Part shown: piece after piece, positions 26,415-36,370 of the stretch | Position numbering within the stretch: the stretch's first letter is position 1 | Layout: every line of letters begins with the position of its first letter | From: Gammaproteobacteria bacterium | GTDB taxonomy: Bacteria; Pseudomonadota; Gammaproteobacteria; Pseudomonadales; Azotimanducaceae | Assembly (NCBI GenBank): GCA_009841635.1 | Contig: VXLJ01000001.1 | Location: 8,028-72,027 of the forward strand | Length of the DNA stretch: 64,000 nt | Direction: 5' to 3' | The notes under the pieces: model-generated | Told to the model about the DNA's origin: nothing | Database searches by the model: none | The model's input: only the letters and a program-made list of their open reading frames with translations | Translations under genes and position numbers: made by a program

Positions 26415-27381
26415 CGATGGAACGGGTGATTCAAGAAACGAACGAACCCGAAACTTCCCTAGGGGCTGGAAATCAGTATCGATTATAGAATCGAACTGAG
26501 AAAATGATCTCAGAACATTTATTCATACATGCGGATTCAGGATAAAGTAGGATCTCGCCTTATATGAAACCCATAAGCAGTATATATATCACATTATTTA
26601 CTAATATGATATTTCATGCGTACTTCGCCACTTATACAACGAGCATATTTAACTAAAATCGAAGAATATTTAATAAAGGAAGATTGAGGCAGTTCAAAAA
26701 TACGCATGTAAGAAAACACTGGTATCAAACTGAATAAAGCACTCGTTTTTACGGATTGAACAGCTGGATTGCGAAATCTATGTTCAATGAAGGTGATGAT
26801 TGGGTCAAAAATGTGAAGAAAGTGTTATCAATAAACTGAGCAAAAGTTCATATTGGCTCGCTACGAAATGACATCTCTGGAAATTGTCGTTCATCTAGCT
26901 ATTTAAAAATGTGAGTACGCATACATCAACGCTGTAATATTGAGTTGCTGTGCAAGATCAAACTGCGGCACTCCTGTTTCTACCAATTGAACATAGTTTG
27001 TATGAATCTGCCATACTCGTAATTCGATTATTCAACGACGCGTCATTTGTCTATGTGCACATCCCTTAACCCAGACTTCAATTCCACGTTATTTTCTGGT
27101 GGCGAGTTACATATCAAAACGCAAGTACTCTAGTCCTTATGTGTAAAGGACCATCTTCGTTTTTTCACGTTCCATGTGATACACACAAGGGCGAATACCC
27201 TGTGTTCTCGCCTTCGCATAAGGCTACGACATTGCTCACTAGAAACTAGCTTCATTGAGCCGAAGCGTTTGAAAACTGAGGTTGAGCGACACAAAACTAT
27301 CTATTGATACAGGCGTGTCCTCAATCTACTTAGTCGCTTAAGTATCATGCAATCTTTCAAACAGCAATTACGGTTTGCGCC
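26415..27381. other. AT-rich spacer between divergent genes, with no ORF of 60 aa or more
   Basis: No ORF of 60 aa or more on either strand in the supplied track. Hand count of 26581-26820 gives 76 G+C in 240 nt (about 32%). Two flanking coding lines I counted give 53% and 55%. Confidence 0.9.
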
Positions 27382-28638
27382 ATGCAAATGAATGTAAAGC
27401 CTATCCCAACGCTTGATGATGAGGTCAACGAGGTTCGCTTAGCCACTGCTGAGATCGTTAATGAGGATATTCTGCCTGTAGAAGACAAGCTGTATGCAAG
27501 CACGTCTGATGGGCGTGCACCTGCACGCGAGGTACAAGCGGAAGCAGCTGACTTGCGTCGGGGCGTGCAGGAAAAAGTAAAAAAAGCCAAGCTATGGGCG
27601 CCCCATCTACCACCTGAATTTGGTGGCATGGGGCTCAGTTTCATGCAGCATGCCTACATGAACGAAATCCTAGCCTACAGTCCCGGTGCTGCGCCATTGT
27701 TTGGCGTAGTCGCACCGAACTCTGGTAACCAAAAGATTCTTGTGAAGTATGGCTCGCCGGAACAGCACCAGAAGTGGCTGATTCCGTTGACCGAAGGTCG
27801 GATGCAGTCTGGTTTCTCGATGACCGAGCCGATGAATCCAGGATCAGACCCGCGATCGCTAACGACTAGAGCGGAACTTGACGGTGACGAGTGGGTTATT
27901 AATGGCCACAAGTGGTTCACCTCGAATGGCCACGCGGCTGACTTCTACATTGTGATGTGTCGAACGTCGGATCCAGACGATCCTGGCGGCGCGAACGAGA
28001 AGATGACCCAAATCATTGTCCCTAAAAACACGCCAGGCGTAAACATCATCCGCGGCGTGCCAGTTTGGGGTAAGGCATCGAGCCACTGTGAAATCAAATA
28101 TGAAAATGTTCGAGTGCCAAAAGAGAACCAGCTTGGTCGCACCGGCACCGGTCACCAAGCCGCACAAGATCGACTTGGCGCAGGTCGCATTTACCACTGC
28201 ATGAATTCTGTTGGCGCGATGTGGCGATGCTTCGACCTGATGGTTGATCGCATCATGACGCGTAAAGTCCATGGTGGCGAAACACTCGAACACAAGCAAT
28301 TCATGCAAGGCTTCATTGCTGATTCTTACATGGACATCCAATCGGCTCGGCTCATGGTTGTCGACTGCGCTCAAAAAATGGAAGCAGGTGCAGACTCGCG
28401 CACGGACATTTCCTCAATTAAGGTATATGTGCCTGCTGCGTACCATCGCGTCGTTGATCGCGCAATTCAAGTTTATGGTGCTGCTGGTGTATCCGGTGAC
28501 TACCCTTTCGCTGGCATGTATACCGGTGCACGCACGCTTCGAATAGCAGACGGACCAGACGAAGTTCACAAAATCTTGATTGCTAAAAATGTGCTTCGAC
28601 GCTATAGGGCCGGCGAGTCTTGGGACTTCGGAAACTAA
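27382..28638 (+). CDS. acyl-CoA dehydrogenase family protein
   Basis: 418 aa with the three-domain ACAD pattern (GFSMTEP, KWFTSNG, C-terminal IADGPDEVH). Confidence 0.85.
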   Translation: MQMNVKPIPTLDDEVNEVRLATAEIVNEDILPVEDKLYASTSDGRAPAREVQAEAADLRRGVQEKVKKAKLWAPHLPPEFGGMGLSFMQHAYMNEILAYSPGAAPLFGVVAPNSGNQKILVKYGSPEQHQKWLIPLTEGRMQSGFSMTEPMNPGSDPRSLTTRAELDGDEWVINGHKWFTSNGHAADFYIVMCRTSDPDDPGGANEKMTQIIVPKNTPGVNIIRGVPVWGKASSHCEIKYENVRVPKENQLGRTGTGHQAAQDRLGAGRIYHCMNSVGAMWRCFDLMVDRIMTRKVHGGETLEHKQFMQGFIADSYMDIQSARLMVVDCAQKMEAGADSRTDISSIKVYVPAAYHRVVDRAIQVYGAAGVSGDYPFAGMYTGARTLRIADGPDEVHKILIAKNVLRRYRAGESWDFGN

Positions 28639-28640
28639 GC

Positions 28641-29351
28641 ATGGCCTACGCAGAGTTAGTCAGCGCACTCGTTGAGGCAATTCGGGGTGAAACCGCGTTG
28701 CCACCTATGCCAGCGGACCTCAGCCTCGAAGACGGCTATGCGATTCAAAAGCAAGTTGTCGCTGCGCTCGCAGATGGTGACGTCGCAGGTTGGAAGGCTG
28801 GCATGACCGCGGCCGCTGGTCAAGCCGCCTTTGGACTCACACACCCACTCATTGGCTCGCTTTATCGATGGGGTCGCCGTGAAAACGGTGCGGCGCTCGA
28901 CATGGTGAATGGCGTCAAACTAGAGTGCGAAATAGGTATTACGATCGATAGCGATGGCAATCCGAAGTCGGCTGGTCCTGTTATCGAAGTGCCGCGCATG
29001 GCATGGAACTCGGCGGATGACGCCAAAGGCTCAAATCTGACAGCTACCAACATTGCGGCTTACTTGTATATCGTCGGCGAACAACAAGCTTTTCGTGACG
29101 ATTACGAGCAACTGTCAGTTTCTTTGACTCGCGATGGCGAGGCCGTTTGTGAGGCGCAACTCTCAGACGCACTTGGCGGTCCTGTGCCTGCACTGCAGTG
29201 GATGCTCGAAGAAGCACAAGCGCGCGATATGTCACCGGCCGACAATATGCTCTTGATCACCGGTGCCTGCGGTGGCATTCATGATGGTGTGCCGGGTAAC
29301 TATGTTGCCGACTACGGTCCACTCGGCACTATCGAGTTTTCCATCAGTTAG
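28641..29351 (+). CDS. 2-keto-4-pentenoate hydratase-like (FAH-superfamily hydratase/decarboxylase)
   Basis: N-terminal LSLEDGYAIQ and GWKAG motifs. The ATG at 28641 lies 2 nt after the ACAD stop. Confidence 0.55.
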   Translation: MAYAELVSALVEAIRGETALPPMPADLSLEDGYAIQKQVVAALADGDVAGWKAGMTAAAGQAAFGLTHPLIGSLYRWGRRENGAALDMVNGVKLECEIGITIDSDGNPKSAGPVIEVPRMAWNSADDAKGSNLTATNIAAYLYIVGEQQAFRDDYEQLSVSLTRDGEAVCEAQLSDALGGPVPALQWMLEEAQARDMSPADNMLLITGACGGIHDGVPGNYVADYGPLGTIEFSIS

Positions 29352-29359
29352 ACTGTTTT

Positions 29360-29385
29360 GGCGCGCTGACAATCTGCAGTGCGCC
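29360..29385 (+). terminator. terminator-like hairpin after the hydratase gene (weak)
   Basis: GGCGCGCTG / CAGTGCGCC forms a 9 bp stem with one G-U pair and an 8 nt loop. The downstream T tract is poor. Confidence 0.3.
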
Positions 29386-29501
29386 GAGCACTATTTCCTT
29401 TGCTAGAGCTAGCGAGCCTATAGTGTTAGCACGTTTCAATCCTCGCTATGATTTTTTCATAGGTCGCAATTAGCGTCTATGCATACGTCAGGAGATATGA
29501 C

Positions 29502-31307
29502 ATGAGCATCGCCAACACACTTGAAATCATCGCCAGCGTGCCGACGTTGCTCAAATTGAGGAAAGGTTTCGCGTATCGGTCTCCTGACGAAAAAGACAGC
29601 TTGCTACGACGGGTTGAGGAGGTTTGCGCGGAGTTCGCCGATCGAACCGCGATCATCTTCGAGGACGAAGAAATCACTTGGGGTGAATTAGGCAAACGGG
29701 CGAATCGAGTAGGCAACGCGTTAAAAGATGAAGGCATCTCGCCAGGCGACGTGGTGAGCGTCATGATCGAAAATCGCATTGAGTTTATCGTTGCTGTATT
29801 AGGCATCATGAAGATCGGTGCGACGGTCGCACTCATCAATACCAATCTTCGTGAAGAACCGCTTCGTCATTGCATCACGTTAATTAACTCGAAGCTATGT
29901 GTATTTGGTACCGAAGTCACTGATGCGATCGATAGTGTCCGCGACCAGCTCGCTCTTGAAGATGGCACAGGATTTCTTGCGTTTCGCGATGGTGATGACG
30001 AGGTTCCCGCCTGGGCTCGTGATTTAGCAGTGCTGAGCCATAACCAAAGCGACGCAAATCCCCCAGAAACGCAAGAAATTACCCTCGGTTCTACAGCGAT
30101 GTACATTTTCACTTCGGGAACCACAGGATTGCCAAAAGCGGCGGTGCAGTCTCACAAGCGTATGCAACAAGCAGCTACGTTGTGTCATACCGCTGGGTTG
30201 CGTTGCACCGAGAAAGATCGCATCTATCTGTCTCTACCGTTGTATCACGGCACTGGGTTGGTCATTGGTTATGGTTCTGCTCTATCGTCAGGCGCGAGCG
30301 TCTTTTTACGACGGCGTTTCTCCGCATCCAGTTTGGTGGCGGATGTTCGCAAGCACAACGTGACCTGCATGGTCTATGTTGGCGAACTCTGTCGCTATTT
30401 AGTCAATCAACCAAAAATCGGTGACGAAGCGGACACACCCCTGCGTACCGCTATTGGCAACGGCCTGCGTCCTGATATTTGGGACGAATTCAAAAGTCGC
30501 TTCGGTCTGAAGCGCATCACTGAACTATACGCTGCTAGTGAAGGTAACGTCTCCTTCGCCAACATACTGAATAAAGATCGAACCATTGGTATGACTTCCG
30601 CCAAAGTAGCACTCATAAAGTACGACGTGCTTGAGGACGAAATCGTGAAAAACGAGGACGGTTACTGCGTTGAAGTAGGCGATGGCGATGCAGGGTTGTG
30701 CCTAGGTCAAATCAATAAAGACGCAGCGTTCGAAGGCTACACGAACAAGGAAGCGACCGAGAAGAAGATATTGCGCAACGTCTTTGAGGATGGCGATGCG
30801 TGGTTCAACACCGGGGATTTGTTGCGAACAGTACCCGTAGGTTTCTCGCTCGGCTATCCGCACTACCAGTTTGTGGATCGTGTAGGCGATACGTTCCGGT
30901 GGCGCTCGGAGAACGTCTCAACCAACGAAGTGGCTGAAATACTCAATGGTTTTGATCAGATTGAAATCAGCAACGTGTACGGTGTCAGCGTGCCTGGTAC
31001 AGAAGGACGCGCCGGCATGGCGACCGTGGTCCTGAACAAACCCGATGAAGCGTTGGATTTGGCGAGCTTGGGTGAGTATGTGAACACGCAGCTCGCTCAT
31101 TACAGTCGGCCTGTATTCATTCGCGTGCAGAGCGAAGCCGAAGTAACCGGTACGATGAAGTTGGTCAAAACCGGCCTGCGCGAAGAAGGCTACGATCTCT
31201 CGAAGATGTCGGACCCAGTCTATGTCATGAAACCACGGACCGAAGAGTACGTACCCCTTGACGCGGATTTCTTAGCGGAAATTCAAGCTGGCACAGCAGG
31301 TTACTGA
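29502..31307 (+). CDS. long-chain acyl-CoA synthetase (FATP/FadD6-like AMP-binding enzyme)
   Basis: 601 aa with the AMP-binding motif YIFTSGTTGLPKA, then TGDL and a later GTMKL. AGGAG lies 8 nt upstream of the ATG. Confidence 0.85.
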   Translation: MSIANTLEIIASVPTLLKLRKGFAYRSPDEKDSLLRRVEEVCAEFADRTAIIFEDEEITWGELGKRANRVGNALKDEGISPGDVVSVMIENRIEFIVAVLGIMKIGATVALINTNLREEPLRHCITLINSKLCVFGTEVTDAIDSVRDQLALEDGTGFLAFRDGDDEVPAWARDLAVLSHNQSDANPPETQEITLGSTAMYIFTSGTTGLPKAAVQSHKRMQQAATLCHTAGLRCTEKDRIYLSLPLYHGTGLVIGYGSALSSGASVFLRRRFSASSLVADVRKHNVTCMVYVGELCRYLVNQPKIGDEADTPLRTAIGNGLRPDIWDEFKSRFGLKRITELYAASEGNVSFANILNKDRTIGMTSAKVALIKYDVLEDEIVKNEDGYCVEVGDGDAGLCLGQINKDAAFEGYTNKEATEKKILRNVFEDGDAWFNTGDLLRTVPVGFSLGYPHYQFVDRVGDTFRWRSENVSTNEVAEILNGFDQIEISNVYGVSVPGTEGRAGMATVVLNKPDEALDLASLGEYVNTQLAHYSRPVFIRVQSEAEVTGTMKLVKTGLREEGYDLSKMSDPVYVMKPRTEEYVPLDADFLAEIQAGTAGY

Positions 31308-32176
31308 TAGATATCAGCGACACCTCGAAAGCGCTTGTATTCCCACTGATATTGGGCTGAATCCAAGCTAACGACGTCTTCAATCGCACGGTCAAGTGCT
31401 TTCACCGATGTGACAGCGTCCTCTGCGTAGATCTCGTCTGCCACCTCTTGTATATGGATGCTAAAGCCGCCACGGCAACGCTTAGCGACCATGGTGAGTG
31501 CGGTAAGTTGGCCCCTCTTTAGCAGCTCATGGGGAAGAGTTCCCGTTCGCAACGGTCGTCCTCGAAATTCCGACAATGTCGAACGACCTTCATTGGGAAC
31601 CTGATCTGGCAGCACGATGATGACCGCACCTTCGTGTATGCGACGTAGCAACTTACGCAGTCCTGCTGGCGTCAAGGGTAAAAAGTCACCACCAAATCGA
31701 CTGCGCCGCTCATTGATCAGGTTTTCGAGCTCATATAGTCGCCTTGGACTGTAAAGGCACGTGTACGTTGTAATAGGATGCAGGTAGGTGGTCAAAAACT
31801 CCCAATTGCCAAAATGCGGTAGTAGAAATAGCGTTGAGCCCGTAGCTAAGCTCTTCTTTAAGAGGTCTTCGCCTTCTACACGCTTTATCCATTTATGTAG
31901 ACGACCATGCGAAGCGGACCAAACCGCAGGCATTTCAAAGATCGTAGCGGCTGTGTGATACAAACTTCGCAACGCTAGTTCGCGGCGAGCGACCTGTGAC
32001 AGGTCCGGATAACAATGTGTGAGATTCTGCCATGTCGTCCGTCGCGCGCGTGTTCGCAGAACCCATGCGAGACCTGCTAAACCCCAACCTAAACTTCGCG
32101 CCAACCCCAATGGCAGCCAAGAAAACGCCCGTAGGAATACCCGTACTGATCGAAGCGGATATTTCTTAGCAGGCAT
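31301..32176 (-). CDS. lysophospholipid/lipid A (LpxL-HtrB type) acyltransferase family protein
   Basis: 291 aa with PHFGNWE (H-x4-E/D acyltransferase motif) and VLPDQ. Its 3' end overlaps the convergent synthetase gene by 7 nt. Confidence 0.75.
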   Translation of the reverse strand: MPAKKYPLRSVRVFLRAFSWLPLGLARSLGWGLAGLAWVLRTRARRTTWQNLTHCYPDLSQVARRELALRSLYHTAATIFEMPAVWSASHGRLHKWIKRVEGEDLLKKSLATGSTLFLLPHFGNWEFLTTYLHPITTYTCLYSPRRLYELENLINERRSRFGGDFLPLTPAGLRKLLRRIHEGAVIIVLPDQVPNEGRSTLSEFRGRPLRTGTLPHELLKRGQLTALTMVAKRCRGGFSIHIQEVADEIYAEDAVTSVKALDRAIEDVVSLDSAQYQWEYKRFRGVADIYQ

Positions 32177-32307
32177 GTTTGTAGTTAATGGCTGTATAAC
32201 GTGAACACGGAACCAATACCAACCTAAAACTGGAATCTAGTGTTTGTATTCACATTGATAAATTCAACGGATTGTAATGGGAATTGCTGCTTGTGAGTGA
32301 GGATCAA

Positions 32308-33312
32308 ATGGACACCGTTGGTCAACATTTCGAACTGTTCGATCCTACGTCAAACATTCGCGTCCACTTGATCGAATACGGCGCGACCGTTACGAATATT
32401 TGGTGCTGTGACGGTGAAGGGGCGGTTGCAGATATATTGCTTGGCTGTCCTACGCCCGATGATCACCTTAAGCCACACCCACATTTCAATTGCATCGTTG
32501 GCCGCTACGCCAATCGCATCACAAACGCTCGATTCAAGTTAGATGGTTTTGTATACAAGCTTGACGCCAACATCCCACCGCACCAGTTGCACGGCGGCGC
32601 ACGAGGCTTCGCGAATCTACTTTGGCGAGGTCGCCAAAATCGTAATCAGGTGCATTTTGAAATAATCAGTCCCGATGGCGACGCTGGGTTCCCAGGTGAA
32701 CTTACCACCTCCGCCATCTACACCCTAGCAGGCAATACATTGCGACTGGAGTTGGTTGCACGCACGACCAAACCCACACCTGTTAGTCTGACCGCTCACC
32801 ATTACTTTAATCTCTCCGGTGTGCATGGCTCAAACATCCATGATCATCAATTGCAGATCTTTGCGGATCACTTTTTACCCGTAACAGAGAACCTCACGCA
32901 ACTCGGCGAAATCCAAACGGTTAACGGTACGCCGTTCGATCTAACGCAGCTCGTACGTCTCGGCGATCGTCTAGGTGCAGACCATCCACAGAACCAGCTC
33001 GCCGAAGGCTTCGACCACACTTTTGTCATAAATGGCGATAGCTTTCGCGACGCCGCCTATGTAGTCGATCCCAAAAGTAACCGTACATTAAAGGTTAGAA
33101 CCGATCAACCAGGCGTTCAGCTTTACACCTGCAATACGTTGAACGCGAGAGGAAAAGATGATGTGCGATACTCGAAACATCAAGGGTTATGTCTCGAGAC
33201 GCAACAGTTTCCTGACGCACCCAATCATCACAACTACCCCAACTCAATCCTACGCCCAGGCGATGAATTTCGTGCAGTTACCGAATATGAGTTCGGCGTC
33301 GTAGAACGTTAG
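32308..33312 (+). CDS. galM: aldose 1-epimerase (galactose mutarotase)
   Basis: Motifs GRYANRI, HGG..GF and LCLETQ.FPDAPNH. The ATG at 32308 has GAGG about 6 nt upstream. Confidence 0.85.
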   Translation: MDTVGQHFELFDPTSNIRVHLIEYGATVTNIWCCDGEGAVADILLGCPTPDDHLKPHPHFNCIVGRYANRITNARFKLDGFVYKLDANIPPHQLHGGARGFANLLWRGRQNRNQVHFEIISPDGDAGFPGELTTSAIYTLAGNTLRLELVARTTKPTPVSLTAHHYFNLSGVHGSNIHDHQLQIFADHFLPVTENLTQLGEIQTVNGTPFDLTQLVRLGDRLGADHPQNQLAEGFDHTFVINGDSFRDAAYVVDPKSNRTLKVRTDQPGVQLYTCNTLNARGKDDVRYSKHQGLCLETQQFPDAPNHHNYPNSILRPGDEFRAVTEYEFGVVER

Positions 33313-34283
33313 CCGTTCCTTGAAGGTGACGGGAACTTCGCGTCGTGCGCGTTTTGCACGATTTCGCGGACATCCGTCGGATGCAGATTCAGCGCTCGAA
33401 TCGTCTGCTCGAAGTTCTCGTTCAAATAGCCCCCAAAATAAGCTGGGTCGTCCGAGTTCACTGTCACGTTCACGCCGGCATCCAGAAACCGCTTTAAAGG
33501 GTGATTGCCTAATTCATCAATGACACAAAGACGAAGATTGGATAACGGGCACATCGTAAGAGGAATCTGATCGCGCGCTAACCGTGCCATCAAAACTGGA
33601 TCTTCAATCGATCGATTACCGTGGTCAACGCGCTCGACACCTAAGTCGTCAATGGCTCCCCAGACATACTCGGGCGGACCTTCTTCGCCAGCGTGAGCTA
33701 CACCTTTTATGCCCAACTCTCGCGCTCGATCGAACAGTAGACGAAAGTTTTCGGGCGGGAAACCAACTTCAACTGAAGCGAGCCCGATCCCGCCAATGAT
33801 GTCGTGATACGGCTCTAGTTCATCAAAAGACTTCAAAGCCTCAGCCAAAGGCATATGGCGAAGAAAGGTCGGTATGAATAACAAATCCAACCCCTTCTCT
33901 TGCCATCGGGCAGCTGCTTTAAGACAGCCAGCCATGAGCTGGTCTGCGTCATTCGATGCTTGCGCCTCCACGAAAATTTCTGCGTGAACCACGTTGTCGG
34001 CTAGCGCATGTTCGCTGTAATCGTTCGTCAAATCTTCGTAGTCTTGCGCAGTCTCGAGACTATTGAAGCACTTTAGAAACAAACTAATGAAATCAGCTAA
34101 GTCAGTGAATTCGTACTCGGCACGCAATTCTGCAATGGTTGCAAATGGTGGCGTCTTGTCGTTTCGTTCGCTGAATTTGAAAACCAGCTCCGGCTGGAGA
34201 GCGCCTTCAAGATGCATGTGAAGTTCTGCTTTGGGCAGCGATCGCGCCAGTTCCACTGCCTCGTCGACTAATGCACTATTCAA
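33309..34283 (-). CDS. add: adenosine/adenine deaminase family protein
   Basis: Motifs HMHLEGAL, HAGE and NSDDPAYFG. Confidence 0.85.
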   Translation of the reverse strand: MNSALVDEAVELARSLPKAELHMHLEGALQPELVFKFSERNDKTPPFATIAELRAEYEFTDLADFISLFLKCFNSLETAQDYEDLTNDYSEHALADNVVHAEIFVEAQASNDADQLMAGCLKAAARWQEKGLDLLFIPTFLRHMPLAEALKSFDELEPYHDIIGGIGLASVEVGFPPENFRLLFDRARELGIKGVAHAGEEGPPEYVWGAIDDLGVERVDHGNRSIEDPVLMARLARDQIPLTMCPLSNLRLCVIDELGNHPLKRFLDAGVNVTVNSDDPAYFGGYLNENFEQTIRALNLHPTDVREIVQNAHDAKFPSPSRNG

Positions 34284-34693
34284 GCTGATTCCTCTACCCG
34301 TCGCTGCACAAACGCAATCAGGTTACCACTGACGTCGCGCACGAATGCCATCACTTCTGATTCGCCTGCAGGTCCGAAAGTTCCTTCAGCATCGTGGTGT
34401 ATTACATGGGGAGTTTGCACAACTTCCGCACCGGTCGATTCAACTTGATTCACCGCTGCTTCAATGTCATCGACACCGAAATAGCAAAGACTCCCTGCAT
34501 CGCTCTCTTCGTTCTGCTCCAGCATCAAGCGAGCGCCTTTGAGATCGAAAAAAGCCAGTTTCACACCAAAGTCAAAGCGAGCAATTAGATTTAAATGCAG
34601 GACTTCTTGATAGAACACAACAGCTTGGTCCATGTCTTGGACGGCCAAGCTCACCTGATGGAGCGAATTAACCAACGTCATACCCTCAAGCAC
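34280..34693 (-). CDS. VOC (glyoxalase/bleomycin-resistance) family protein
   Basis: 137 aa with a paired beta-alpha-beta-beta-beta pattern. 4 nt overlap with the add start. Confidence 0.7.
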   Translation of the reverse strand: MLEGMTLVNSLHQVSLAVQDMDQAVVFYQEVLHLNLIARFDFGVKLAFFDLKGARLMLEQNEESDAGSLCYFGVDDIEAAVNQVESTGAEVVQTPHVIHHDAEGTFGPAGESEVMAFVRDVSGNLIAFVQRRVEESA

Positions 34694-34716
34694 ATAGTGA
34701 GGTTTGTACCTCTACG

Positions 34717-35721
34717 TCAGTTGGTCAATTCTGCGAAGAAATCGTCACGATATTGCTGCGGTATAGAGTCATACGCGACTGAGGTGCGATCGATCAAATC
34801 ACCGTAACGTCTTTTTAGCTCACCAGCAAGGTTTTGCGGTTCGTCGACTACAGCGAACTCTTGCAGAATGTCATCAGTTATTAACGTCCCCATTTCTTGC
34901 CAGCGGCCTTGCTTGGACATGGCGTTTAGTTCGCCCTGCAATTCACCAGCACCAATGCTGTCTAGCACGCCTTTGTAAGCTGGCGTTGAACCATAAAAAG
35001 CAATTTGCTGCCGAGTCGCCCCTTTCGCTCGTTCTAACGCCTTTTCGTCTGCCGCCGTTACCACGAAACATGGATAACTGATTTCGAAATTCTCTCGCTT
35101 CTTCCCAGCTTTCAGCCAACCTTTCTCCAATGCCGGTAATGTTGTTTCGCGAAGGTACTTTTGTGTGGTGAAGGGATGAACGATCATGCCATCTGCAACT
35201 TCCGCGGCTACTTCTGTCATCAAGGGACCTACCGCTGCCAAAAACACCCTAGGTGCGCCGAACTCTGTATTCGACGGGGAAAAGAACGGCGTCATCAAAG
35301 TGTGAGTGTAGAACTTGCCGACAAAACTCAACGGTTCTTGGTCGTACCAGTTGGCCCAAATAGCGCGCAAGGCCAGAATGAACTCACGCATACGTGGTGC
35401 AGGGTGTGACCATGGCATACTAAAACGCTTCGTTATGTGAGCGCGAATCTGCGACCCTAGTCCTAGTACAAAGCGACCTTGTGAGATTGCGTTCAAATCG
35501 TGAGCAATCGGGGCAAGCACCATCGGTGTACGAGCGAACGCCACCACAATGCTGGTGATGAGATCGACTTTTGATGTGTGCAACGCGGCTTGAGCCAACG
35601 GTAAAAAGGGATCATGCCCTGTTTCCGCGGTTTGAAGACCGGTATACCCAGCCTCCTCCATGCGTTCTGCATGGGCACCAACGCCGCGCAAATCAAAGCC
35701 AATGCTTGCGTCAACTTTCAT
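34717..35721 (-). CDS. luciferase-like monooxygenase (LLM) class oxidoreductase (F420-dependent-type subfamily)
   Basis: 334 aa TIM-barrel LLM pattern (GRFVLGLGSQ, TTLPALE). Confidence 0.8.
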   Translation of the reverse strand: MKVDASIGFDLRGVGAHAERMEEAGYTGLQTAETGHDPFLPLAQAALHTSKVDLITSIVVAFARTPMVLAPIAHDLNAISQGRFVLGLGSQIRAHITKRFSMPWSHPAPRMREFILALRAIWANWYDQEPLSFVGKFYTHTLMTPFFSPSNTEFGAPRVFLAAVGPLMTEVAAEVADGMIVHPFTTQKYLRETTLPALEKGWLKAGKKRENFEISYPCFVVTAADEKALERAKGATRQQIAFYGSTPAYKGVLDSIGAGELQGELNAMSKQGRWQEMGTLITDDILQEFAVVDEPQNLAGELKRRYGDLIDRTSVAYDSIPQQYRDDFFAELTN

Positions 35722-35748
35722 GGTTTTGGTTTCCTTCCAAATGAAGAT

Positions 35749-36366
35749 TTATCTCATCGAGGTGCAAATGCCTTCGACACCAGCGCAGCCGTCTCGAAAG
35801 TGAACAATCCGTCGAGCCGAGCCGACAAAGTCCACCATGTGAACGACGCCATTCGGTATCCGCAATGCTTGTTTTTGATCTTCCGTTAGGTCAACTAAAA
35901 GGTCAAGCAAAACCCGCGTGGTAATGCCATGCGTAACGAGAGCGACACGGTCGTGTGCTTGCGCGCTGATCGATTGCAAGAGATTCCCAACTCGTTGCTT
36001 GATGTCATCGATGGATTCACCTTTAGGGGGTGCCAAACCCTCTCCGCCAGTACGCCAACGGGCGTACTCAGGATGTTCTTGGATGTCAACCACACGTTGA
36101 CCTTCCCACTCACCCATACTGCATTCGCGTAAGTCTTGATGAAACTCAGTGGCAACGTCACATTGTTCGTGAATGCGCTCGACAGTTTGCTTTACTCGAC
36201 CTAGATCGGACGCATAAATTTTCGCGACCCCTTCACGCTGCAGTAGTTGCCCGTGGATGCGCGCTTGCGCATGCCCGGTTTCAGTGAGCTGCGAATCACC
36301 CCAACCTTGCATACGGCGTTCGACATTCCATTGCGTTTCGCCATGCCGCGCTAGATAAAACCGCAT
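35749..36366 (-). CDS. histidine phosphatase family protein (phosphoglycerate mutase-like)
   Basis: The start is set at MRFYLARHGETQWN (RHGE catalytic motif), 4 nt after the upstream LLM stop. The longer ORF-track N-terminus overlaps that gene. Confidence 0.8.
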   Translation of the reverse strand: MRFYLARHGETQWNVERRMQGWGDSQLTETGHAQARIHGQLLQREGVAKIYASDLGRVKQTVERIHEQCDVATEFHQDLRECSMGEWEGQRVVDIQEHPEYARWRTGGEGLAPPKGESIDDIKQRVGNLLQSISAQAHDRVALVTHGITTRVLLDLLVDLTEDQKQALRIPNGVVHMVDFVGSARRIVHFRDGCAGVEGICTSMR

Positions 36367-36370
36367 GTTG

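Noticed and set aside
26564-26707. Antisense-overlapping small ORFs (a hydrophobic 30 aa ORF on the plus strand and a 37 aa ORF on the minus strand) as a possible type I toxin-antitoxin pair.
   Set aside because: AT-rich DNA produces short Phe/Ile/Tyr/Asn-rich ORFs by chance. Neither has a convincing ribosome-binding site, and I have no evidence of conservation. They are mentioned only inside the spacer finding.
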